DNA from: Minisyncoccota bacterium
GTDB taxonomy: Bacteria > Patescibacteriota > Minisyncoccia > Phycocordibacterales > PALSA-1337
Length of the DNA: 64,000 nucleotides
Direction of reading: 5' to 3'
Assembly: GCA_041671485.1 (NCBI GenBank)
Contig: JBAZBL010000004.1
Span: 14,445 to 78,444, forward strand
This document shows positions 18,736 through 27,169 of the stretch, one piece after another. The number at the start of each line of letters is the position of its first letter. Positions within the stretch are counted from its first letter, which is position 1. The notes under the pieces are model-generated. The model was not told the origin of the DNA, did not search any database, and saw only the letters and a list, made by a program, of their open reading frames with translations. The position numbers and the translations under genes are program-made.

Positions 18736-20622
18736 ATGATAAATCATTATTTGAAAAAATTTGTTCCAACCATCTTTATCGCACTTTTTGTGTGGTTGTG
18801 GATGACAGATGTGACATATGCAGCAGGCATATTTGACCTCGATCCTTGGAATTTTGCTTGGGCTTTAATGTCAAACCTAATGCAAGTATTCTTGACTATG
18901 ACTTCATGGTTGGTTGGTCTTACTGGAACACTGATGAATGTATCCATAGGTCTCACAACAAACATAGGTAGTTTCGTGAATGATACTCCTGTGATCTATA
19001 CAGTTTGGGAAATCATAAGAGATCTTGCAAGTATGGTTTTGATATTCTTTATACTTTGGGCTGCTATTCAGATGATCGTTGGTATCAAAACTCCAAATTT
19101 CAATAGTTTGATCTTCAGCATCATAATAATGGGTATCCTAATAAACTTTAGTTTCTTTTTCACTAGAGTACTGATAGATGCATCAAATATAGTATCTCTA
19201 CAATTCTTGAATGCTATTGCCCCCGGAAAAGAATACGTGAGTGGAAGTGGTATATCAGACTGGACATTAAAAGGTTTCAAAGATGGTGGTTTATCTGACA
19301 TATTTATGGGGTCTCTTGCAGTGAATAAATGGTATGACAATGCAAAGATAATAAATACATCAGCGTCTGGCGTCAATACAACTTCCAATCAGGATGCGGC
19401 ACCAATCAGAATAGTACTTGTAACACTTGGTGGAATGATCGTAATGATATTTGCTAGCTTGAGTTTCTTGGGCGCAGCTGCTGCAGCAATATTGCGTTTG
19501 GCAATGCTCATATTCTTGCTTGCCTTTTCTCCTATATGGATAGCTTCAATTGCTATGCCACAACTCAAGGATCTTACAAAAGATTGGTTTTCTCAATTCA
19601 AAGCTCATTTGCTATTCTTGCCTGTTTATTTGATGTTCATGTATGTTGCAATAAGAATACTGACAGAAAGCAAATTGAATATGCTGACAACTACAAATAG
19701 TGCTTTCTTGTCTCAAGATAATTTGAATGGGTATATAACTCTATTCGTCGGCTTTGCTATCGTCATAATAATGCTAAATCTGCCACTTATTGCAGCAGTA
19801 AAAGTCGCTGGAGCAGGATCGGCCATGTCTGAAAAGTGGTTCAAGGGTGTAAAAGGTGCTGTGGGCGGATGGATGGGGAGGAGTACTGTTGGTCGTGTGG
19901 GTTACAGTGCTGGAAAATACATTAACAAAACTTTTCCAGGATTCTCAAACACTTTGGTTGGTCAAAGCTTAGTACAGAATACAGCTGGAAGACTTGCTAA
20001 TGCTAGATTTGGTGGTCAAACATCAGCCACTGCGGCTGCCACCGCAGCAAGAACACGCGCATCTGCAAGAACAACTGCAGCTAGAAATCAAAATAATATT
20101 ACCGATCTCCAAAAAGCAGTTAACACAAACGACTCCGCATTAGCTAGATCGGTACTCAATAGAATGACAAACAGTGAAAAGGCTCAGTTGGACAAAGATA
20201 AATTCCTTAAAAAAGATGTAGTCTTGCAACATCTTGATGAAGGCGCTTTCAAGGCAATAGACGGAAATAGTACCCTAACCGATGCAGACAAAGCAGACAT
20301 CTCCAATACTCGTATGGGACTTCTTAAGAGTTCAGTTTCAAGTGGAAATACGGCAGTAATCGCAAACATGATGAAGAATGCCTCAGGGGCAACTCTTGCA
20401 AAACTCGACGATCCTAGCGACCCCACAAACCACGCAACTGTTAGAGATCAAAGGTTTATAACACATATTAGACAATCCCATCTCAAAGATATGGACCACA
20501 TTGACCCTAGTTTGAGAAAAGCTATCGGTGATGAAATTTATAACAATCCAACTTCTGGACCAACGGGAGGTGCCCACCCAGCATTTGATCATGTAAATAA
20601 AAATCGTGGCATATGGGGTTGA
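18736..20622 (+). CDS. Polytopic membrane protein, VirB6/TrbL-like candidate with a C-terminal soluble extension
   Basis: More than six predicted TM helices in the first 350 aa and a hydrophilic tail; position within a VirB4-containing operon. Confidence 0.4.
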   Translation: MINHYLKKFVPTIFIALFVWLWMTDVTYAAGIFDLDPWNFAWALMSNLMQVFLTMTSWLVGLTGTLMNVSIGLTTNIGSFVNDTPVIYTVWEIIRDLASMVLIFFILWAAIQMIVGIKTPNFNSLIFSIIIMGILINFSFFFTRVLIDASNIVSLQFLNAIAPGKEYVSGSGISDWTLKGFKDGGLSDIFMGSLAVNKWYDNAKIINTSASGVNTTSNQDAAPIRIVLVTLGGMIVMIFASLSFLGAAAAAILRLAMLIFLLAFSPIWIASIAMPQLKDLTKDWFSQFKAHLLFLPVYLMFMYVAIRILTESKLNMLTTTNSAFLSQDNLNGYITLFVGFAIVIIMLNLPLIAAVKVAGAGSAMSEKWFKGVKGAVGGWMGRSTVGRVGYSAGKYINKTFPGFSNTLVGQSLVQNTAGRLANARFGGQTSATAAATAARTRASARTTAARNQNNITDLQKAVNTNDSALARSVLNRMTNSEKAQLDKDKFLKKDVVLQHLDEGAFKAIDGNSTLTDADKADISNTRMGLLKSSVSSGNTAVIANMMKNASGATLAKLDDPSDPTNHATVRDQRFITHIRQSHLKDMDHIDPSLRKAIGDEIYNNPTSGPTGGAHPAFDHVNKNRGIWG

Positions 20623-20636
20623 TAAATAATTAAATT

Positions 20637-21173
20637 ATGTCTATATCTACAAACATACCGGACCAAATAAAAAAAGTCGCATCATCTATCGAGTTATCAG
20701 ATAGTATTGTCAAAATTGGAAATCGTTTCAGCCTACATGTAGATCAGATCGGAGAGCTCGGGGCTGAAATCAGAGATATTCTATTTGGCTTTAGTAAGTC
20801 ATCAGATTTCGTCAAACATGTTTCTGAACGACTCGAGGTAAATCGAGACTTGGCTGAAAAGATCGCAATTGAAGTAAATAAAGAAGTATTTGCTGTGATA
20901 AAAGCAAAGCTACAGAAAAATGAATCTTCAAAGGACGAACAAGATAATAAAGACTATTCCCCTCTCGAACGCGCCGGGAATATGGAGATCATTGAGGAAA
21001 ATGAACACGTTGATGCTATTCCTGACCATATGCTAAATGCTCCAGATGGAAAAACAGAAGAAAAACCAGCACTAGTAAAAGAGAACACAGGGGAAGGAAA
21101 AGGGGGTAGGATAGAAGAAAAAAGTATTGATGGAGTAAGTTTTAGTGATAGATATAGAGAACCTGTAGAGTAA
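20637..21173 (+). CDS. Hypothetical acidic soluble protein
   Basis: 178-aa ORF, co-directional and tightly spaced within the cluster. Confidence 0.4.
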   Translation: MSISTNIPDQIKKVASSIELSDSIVKIGNRFSLHVDQIGELGAEIRDILFGFSKSSDFVKHVSERLEVNRDLAEKIAIEVNKEVFAVIKAKLQKNESSKDEQDNKDYSPLERAGNMEIIEENEHVDAIPDHMLNAPDGKTEEKPALVKENTGEGKGGRIEEKSIDGVSFSDRYREPVE

Positions 21174-21213
21174 TACAGTGCGAAAAATGTAATCCATAGG
21201 GTATAATATAGTA

Positions 21214-21651
21214 ATGCGTTTCCAAGTGCCCCAATTTATAGAGGTTGAAGACAAAATATTTGGTCCTTTGACTTTGAAACAGTTCATATACCTGGCGGGT
21301 GGAGGAGGACTTTCATTTGTTGCATATATACTCCTCGGAAGTCTGGCATTGTCACTAATACCAATACTTATAATAATGGCAATATCTGTATCTCTCGCTT
21401 TTTACAAAGTCTACAATCATTTTCCACTAGTAAATATAGCCGAATCAGCATTCAAATATTGGAGAGGTGGTAAATTGTATATATGGAAAAAAGAAGACAA
21501 GATGAAAGCAACAACAAGCGCTGCTGCATCAAAGGATGTAAAAAATTATGCTTCTCTAATGGTTCCAAAAATATCCGATAGCAAGTTGAAAGATCTTTCA
21601 TGGAGTTTGGATATCAAAGAGAGTATTTATTCCGATAAAAATCAAAAGTAG
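21214..21651 (+). CDS. PrgI/VirB3-like small membrane protein of Gram-positive-type T4SS
   Basis: VPQFIEVEDKIFGPLTLKQFIYLAGGG followed by a double TM hairpin matches the PrgI family. Its position directly upstream of VirB4 is canonical. Confidence 0.55.
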   Translation: MRFQVPQFIEVEDKIFGPLTLKQFIYLAGGGGLSFVAYILLGSLALSLIPILIIMAISVSLAFYKVYNHFPLVNIAESAFKYWRGGKLYIWKKEDKMKATTSAAASKDVKNYASLMVPKISDSKLKDLSWSLDIKESIYSDKNQK

Positions 21652-21684
21652 CACTGTGTCAAACAAAATATTAATTGAATAATC

Positions 21685-21712
21685 TTGGATCCCCGCTTTC
21701 GCGGGGATGACA
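21685..21712. repeat. 28-nt GC-rich hairpin repeat tggatccccgctttcgcggggatgacac, identical to the copy at 29800-29827
   Basis: Exact 28/28 match. The ATCCCCGC/GCGGGGAT stem is followed by an ATG that serves as a start codon here. Confidence 0.8.
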
Positions 21713-22354
21713 CCATTGAATATGACAACCAAATCCAAAACAACACAAGACTTTGTACCCATTCAGGAAATACGTGATGGTGTAGTAATACTCCGAAATG
21801 GTGGCATGAGATCTGTCATACTCGCATCATCATTAAACTTTGCACTCAAATCGGCTGATGAACAGGCATCTATCATGTATCAATTCCAGAATTTCCTCAA
21901 TTCACTGGACTTTTCTATACAAATATTTATACAATCAAAAAAGCTAGATATCAGGCCATATATCGCTCTTTTGGAAGAGAGATACAAAGAGCAAGTATCA
22001 GAACTTATGAAGATACAGGTGCGTGAATACATAGAGTTCGTAAGAACATTTGTCGAAAATACAAATATCATGACAAAGAATTTCTTTGTTGTTATACCTT
22101 ATGATCCGCCTATCATAGGTGGTGGCAAGAATCCTATCTCAAGATATTTTCCTGGGAAAGACAATGTTGGTCCAACACCAGATGAAAAATTCCAAGAATA
22201 TCGCACCCAGCTAGAACAGAGGGTTTCTGTTGTGGAACAAGGACTAGTGAGGTGTGGTGTCCGAACTGCAGAACTTGGTACCGAAGAAGTGGTCGAACTA
22301 TTTTATAAATTATTCAATCCAGGAGAGACAGAGAAGCCGATACAAATCACATGA
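21707..22354 (+). CDS. VirB4/TraC N-terminal-domain-like protein (separate ORF)
   Basis: The F.PIQEIRDGVV.LRNGG.R.V pattern resembles the N-terminal domain of VirB4/CagE ATPases. It ends 46 nt before the ATPase ORF, in a different frame. Confidence 0.45.
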   Translation: MTPLNMTTKSKTTQDFVPIQEIRDGVVILRNGGMRSVILASSLNFALKSADEQASIMYQFQNFLNSLDFSIQIFIQSKKLDIRPYIALLEERYKEQVSELMKIQVREYIEFVRTFVENTNIMTKNFFVVIPYDPPIIGGGKNPISRYFPGKDNVGPTPDEKFQEYRTQLEQRVSVVEQGLVRCGVRTAELGTEEVVELFYKLFNPGETEKPIQIT

Positions 22355-22400
22355 ACCATGCACAATTATTACATCATATATCAATAGAGCAATCAATAAT

Positions 22401-24215
22401 ATGAGCATATTCAATAAATTATTTGGTAAGAAAGATCAATCGCCGATTGTTTCGGTTTTGCCCGAAGAAATATATCAGGCGGGTATCTTGGAATTGAAAG
22501 ATGTAATAGCTCCGTCTGCACTCAAGGTCAGTCCAAAAGAATTGAACCTAGGAGAAAAGGTGGGTAGAACACTATTTGTAATATCATATCCACGATTCTT
22601 GCAAGAAAGTTGGTTTGCACCGATCATCAATCTGGACAAAGTATTCAACGTCTCTATCTTCATACATCCCGTTGATACTGCAAAGATATTGCGTCATTTC
22701 CAGAAGAAGGTTGCAGAGGTACAAAGCCAAATATCTAGAAGAGAAGAGAAGGGTTTGGTGCGTGACCCAGGACTAGATACAGCATATCAGGATCTCGAAT
22801 CGTTGAGAGATCAGTTGATGCAGGCTCAAGAGAGACTATTTGATGTAGGAGTATATATAACACTGTTTGCAGATTCCGAAGGAGATCTCGATAAACTCGA
22901 ATCTGAAATCAAATCTATACTTGAATCAAAACTAGTATATGTAAAACCAGCACTTTTCCAGCAAGAACAAGGATTCAAGAGCGTGTTGCCACTTGGAGAC
23001 GATCAATTGAATGTTCATTCAAAGCTCAATTCTTCACCACTTTCAAGTCTATTCCCATTTGTATCATTTGACCTAACGTCAGATAAGGGAATACTGTATG
23101 GCATAAATAGACACAATTCATCACTGGTTCTTTTTGACCGATTCCTTCTTGGTAACTACAACTCTGTAACATTTGCAGTTGCTGGGGCAGGCAAATCGTA
23201 TTGCACAAAGCTAGAGATATTACGCACGCTCATGTTTGATACAGATGTTCTAGTTATTGATCCAGAAAAAGAATATGAATACATGGCAGAAGCAACCGGT
23301 GGCAAATACTTCAATATTTCTCTCAATTCAGAGCACCATATCAATCCATTTGATCTACCAGTACCAAGAGAAGATGAATCTACAAGCGATGTTTTGCGAT
23401 CAAATATAATTAACTTGGTTGGTCTATTCAGGATAATGTTGGGTGGTCTGTCCCAAGAAGAAGATGCGATCATAGATCGTGCAATAACAGAGACTTATGC
23501 ACTCAAAGACATTACTCCTGATTCTGATTTTCGAAATGTTGAACCACCACTACTATCAGATTTTGAAATGGTACTGGGTGGAATGGAAGGCGCCGACTCT
23601 TTGGTTGAGAGATTGTCCAAATATACAAAAGGTACATGGTCGGGCTTTATAAATAGACCTTCAAATATAGATATAAATAAGAAATTTATAGTATTTTCTC
23701 TAAGAGATATGGAAGATGAATTGAAACCCGTAGCAATGTATCTCATAACTCACTATATATGGAATGCTATACGCAAAAATCTCAAGAAAAGACTACTTGT
23801 CATCGATGAAGCATGGTGGATGATGAAGTCCGAAGATACAGCATCATTTTTGTTTGGCCTAGCAAAAAGAGGTCGAAAATACTTCCTTGGTCTTGCAACA
23901 ATAACCCAAGATGTGGATGATTTCTTGAAATCTCCATATGGTATGCCCATCGTCACAAATTCATCTATACAGATACTATTAAAACAGTCGCCATCGGTCA
24001 TTGACTATGTACAGAAAACATTCAACCTTACAGATGAAGAAAAATATTTATTGCTAGAATCAGATATAGGAGAAGGCATGTTCTTCGTCGGACTAAAACA
24101 TGTTGCAATGAAAATAGTTAGTTCATATACAGAAGATCAGATCATCACCACAAATCCACAGCAAGTTATGGATATAAAGAGGGCAAAAAAAGAGCTTGAA
24201 GACGCGGGACAATGA
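22401..24215 (+). CDS. virB4: VirB4/TraE/TrsE-family type IV secretion ATPase (C-terminal ATPase portion)
   Basis: Walker A (FAVAGAGKS), Walker B (LLVIDEAWW) and strong VirB4-family resemblance. The probable start is the MSIFNK Met at 22401 rather than the upstream 22254. Confidence 0.8.
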   Translation: MSIFNKLFGKKDQSPIVSVLPEEIYQAGILELKDVIAPSALKVSPKELNLGEKVGRTLFVISYPRFLQESWFAPIINLDKVFNVSIFIHPVDTAKILRHFQKKVAEVQSQISRREEKGLVRDPGLDTAYQDLESLRDQLMQAQERLFDVGVYITLFADSEGDLDKLESEIKSILESKLVYVKPALFQQEQGFKSVLPLGDDQLNVHSKLNSSPLSSLFPFVSFDLTSDKGILYGINRHNSSLVLFDRFLLGNYNSVTFAVAGAGKSYCTKLEILRTLMFDTDVLVIDPEKEYEYMAEATGGKYFNISLNSEHHINPFDLPVPREDESTSDVLRSNIINLVGLFRIMLGGLSQEEDAIIDRAITETYALKDITPDSDFRNVEPPLLSDFEMVLGGMEGADSLVERLSKYTKGTWSGFINRPSNIDINKKFIVFSLRDMEDELKPVAMYLITHYIWNAIRKNLKKRLLVIDEAWWMMKSEDTASFLFGLAKRGRKYFLGLATITQDVDDFLKSPYGMPIVTNSSIQILLKQSPSVIDYVQKTFNLTDEEKYLLLESDIGEGMFFVGLKHVAMKIVSSYTEDQIITTNPQQVMDIKRAKKELEDAGQ

Positions 24216-24339
24216 TATTACAGATCGCGACCGTCGAGGCGGCGACAAATGTCGACTTGGCGAAGCCAACGAAGACATTTAGTCGCGCCGAGGAGGGAGC
24301 GCTGTGTTTGGAGAAATAGTACTGTGTTATAATTTTGTC

Positions 24340-24774
24340 ATGGAAGAAAAGAAAAAACATCGAATGGGTGTTGGTGCTCTGATATTGCTCACCATAATAG
24401 CTATTATATGTGACACTATTGGGCTAATACCGGGCGTAGAAGATATTGCTGGTACTATATTTTGGGGTATTGCTGCTATCTACTTCTGGGCTTCAGGTAT
24501 GGGAGTGTTCAACGGTCGAAGATTGGCCACAATGTTGGTATCTTGGATCATTGGACTTATACCTATCTTGCAATGGTTGCCACAACTATCTGTAGGAATA
24601 ATAGCAATCTTTCTTATGTTGCGAGCAGAAGAAAAAACAGGTCTTCCAATATCTTCTGTAGCTGGAGGGAAAATAACAAATACAAGTAGTGGGCCGACGA
24701 GACTACCCAACAAAACTGCTCCATTGAATCAAGACGGTATAAGAATGCCAAATAGTGGATTGACAGAGAAATAA
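24340..24774 (+). CDS. Small polytopic membrane protein
   Basis: The probable start is MEEKKKHRMGVG; there are 3-4 hydrophobic helices. Confidence 0.4.
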   Translation: MEEKKKHRMGVGALILLTIIAIICDTIGLIPGVEDIAGTIFWGIAAIYFWASGMGVFNGRRLATMLVSWIIGLIPILQWLPQLSVGIIAIFLMLRAEEKTGLPISSVAGGKITNTSSGPTRLPNKTAPLNQDGIRMPNSGLTEK

Positions 24775-24823
24775 CTCTCCCCAACTATTTTCGCAACTTT
24801 CTCTTATTATTGGTAAAATATAA

Positions 24824-25876
24824 ATGATGAAATCCAAATCTGTACTGACCGTCCTCATATTTGTTTTTTCATATTTACTTTTTCAATTTGCATTTGCACA
24901 AGGGATACAATTGCCCGCACAAGATGTTGATCTGAAAGTTTCCCCAGAAAACCCCATGCCGGGGCAAACACTAACAATAACTGCAGAAAGTTATATCGTC
25001 AGTCTGACTTCATCAAATATTACTTGGAGCTTGAATGGTAATGTATATCAGAAGGGTATAGGTATGACATCCATACAAGTCATTGCACCGGATCTTGGTA
25101 AGAAATTATCAATTGGTGTAAATGCAATAACTGCAGAGGGGGCACAACTCAATGCAGAAATTGATATTACTTCTGGCAATATTGATCTTATTGTTGAAAC
25201 CGATGGTTATGTACCACCTTTCTTCAATGGCAAAATGCCACTTGTATATCAAAATAGTTATAGAATTGTCGCTATACCACATTTGGCCAATTCTTCTGGC
25301 ACTGAATATGATCCAAAGACCCTTGTTTATTCATGGTCAAAAGATACAAAAGTTATGCAGGATGCTTCTGGTTATGGTAAACAAGTATTCTCATGGAAAG
25401 AAGAGATCATACCTAGGTCTAGATTGATAAAAGTCAAAGCAACGACCAGAGATGGTTCGGCACAGGCCGAAAAAACAATAATATTACAAGCAAATAGTCC
25501 TTTTATACAGTTTTATAAAAATGATCCTTTGTATGGACCTATGTATAATAAAGCCATTATAAATAACACCGGTCTTGGTTCTAGTAGGGAATTGTCTATA
25601 CTTGCAGTACCATATGGCTTCAACAAGCCATTTAGTTCAGTTGGTAATCTGCTTTTCTCTTGGTCAATCAATTCTACATCGCAAGATGCTCTATCTACTA
25701 GTCAGTCAATAGTACTTCGTGCTCCAGTAGGAAAGACTGGTTCATCGAATATTGACCTTGAGATAAGGAATGAAAAAGATATACTTCAATCTGCAAGAAA
25801 TGCTTTTTCTATAATGTTTTCTTCTGGAGAAACAGAAATATCAACAGATAATATAAATAATTACAATGGTATATAA
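24824..25876 (+). CDS. Secreted hypothetical protein
   Basis: Signal peptide (VLTVLIFVFSYLLFQFAFAQG) and a 330-aa beta-rich-looking region. Confidence 0.45.
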   Translation: MMKSKSVLTVLIFVFSYLLFQFAFAQGIQLPAQDVDLKVSPENPMPGQTLTITAESYIVSLTSSNITWSLNGNVYQKGIGMTSIQVIAPDLGKKLSIGVNAITAEGAQLNAEIDITSGNIDLIVETDGYVPPFFNGKMPLVYQNSYRIVAIPHLANSSGTEYDPKTLVYSWSKDTKVMQDASGYGKQVFSWKEEIIPRSRLIKVKATTRDGSAQAEKTIILQANSPFIQFYKNDPLYGPMYNKAIINNTGLGSSRELSILAVPYGFNKPFSSVGNLLFSWSINSTSQDALSTSQSIVLRAPVGKTGSSNIDLEIRNEKDILQSARNAFSIMFSSGETEISTDNINNYNGI

Positions 25877-27161
25877 ACATCACAAAAATAAATATTGGTT
25901 GATTTCACTAACAATCGTAATGGCTCTTGGTATCTTTTCAATACAAACAAATATAACAAATTCTCAATCTCTTCCAGAACCTGTCGATCCAAATGCTAAT
26001 ATCTTTGATTATTCTGGTCTTGAACCATTGCCACCGTCAAACGTTTATTTGCCTGCAACCCAACCGACTCAAACATGGCAAAATACTGGAAAAACCTATA
26101 AGCTTCTCGAACCGTTACCGTGTTTGGACTCTCGTATGCCCGACTGTAAAGGCGGACAGATAGAAAACATAGATCTTGGCAACTTCTTTCAATACGCTTT
26201 CAACCTTTTGATAGCACTCTCTGCCGTGGCTGCTGTATTTATGATTGTTTGGGGAGGATTCCAGTATATGACTACAGATTCGTCGCCAGGTAAAAGTGAA
26301 GGCAAAGAGAAATTCAAAAATGCTATTTATGGCCTTCTCATGGTCATTGGTTCATTCCTCATCCTCAAAACCGTCAACCCAAAACTTGTTCAGATACCAG
26401 CTAGCATTCCGCCGGTTAGGGTAGATTCGTCACAGACGCAATCGCCTTTGAGTTTTTTTGATCAGATAAACAGAAAAGCTGAAGAATATAATACCAACCT
26501 GTCAAACATCCAGAATGATTTGATGCAAGCACAAACAAAACTTAATGGTTTATACCAACAAAAAACTGATCTACAGAATCTTTTAAATGGCCCATATGAT
26601 ACAGAATTGGCAGCCACATATGAAGTTCAACTTGAACAAATAAACAGCCAGATAGAACAACAAGAGGCTATAATTATCGGCACAGGAACAAATGAAATGA
26701 TGACACAAAAAGCCATGCAAATAATAAACGCCGACAGTGCCAAAAGAAATTTTCTCGGTGATCCTGCAACACCCAGGGAGATACAGAATAATATTACCGA
26801 GATTGACAACATAAAGACAGATGCGTTAATAGAGCTAGAAAAGTATGGTCAATCTGATATTGTAGAAAAACAAAAACAAGCTGTGATAGATCAGGCAAAT
26901 TATAAAAAAGCAGACATTGAAATAACTACTAGTATTAATGCAATCAATCAAATAAGTGAGACCTGGAAGACAACGGATACTGGTAAATTATTGAGTCCAA
27001 TGCCAGCTTGGACAAAAAACGAAGCTGAAACTGCTTTAAATAATGCTTTGATATTAAAAGGGCAGATGCAAGATCCTGTTCTGCAATCTAAATTGCAAAC
27101 ACAAATAAAAGACCTGAATACTCTACTAAATGAGAGGCTGTATGGTAAACCTTCAAGTTAA
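25866..27161 (+). CDS. Membrane protein with a double-TM hairpin and long coiled-coil tail (weakly pilin/VirB2-like)
   Basis: Two adjacent hydrophobic helices (LLIALSAVAAVFMIVWGG ... LLMVIGSFLILK) followed by a Gln/Asn/Leu-rich coiled coil. Confidence 0.4.
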   Translation: MVYKHHKNKYWLISLTIVMALGIFSIQTNITNSQSLPEPVDPNANIFDYSGLEPLPPSNVYLPATQPTQTWQNTGKTYKLLEPLPCLDSRMPDCKGGQIENIDLGNFFQYAFNLLIALSAVAAVFMIVWGGFQYMTTDSSPGKSEGKEKFKNAIYGLLMVIGSFLILKTVNPKLVQIPASIPPVRVDSSQTQSPLSFFDQINRKAEEYNTNLSNIQNDLMQAQTKLNGLYQQKTDLQNLLNGPYDTELAATYEVQLEQINSQIEQQEAIIIGTGTNEMMTQKAMQIINADSAKRNFLGDPATPREIQNNITEIDNIKTDALIELEKYGQSDIVEKQKQAVIDQANYKKADIEITTSINAINQISETWKTTDTGKLLSPMPAWTKNEAETALNNALILKGQMQDPVLQSKLQTQIKDLNTLLNERLYGKPSS

Positions 27162-27169
27162 TTATTGCC

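Noticed and set aside
22254-22400. Upstream extension of the VirB4 ATPase ORF (MVSELQNL...)
   Set aside because: It overlaps the preceding ORF's 3' end in another frame and has no family signal. The MSIFNK Met at 22401 is the more plausible start.
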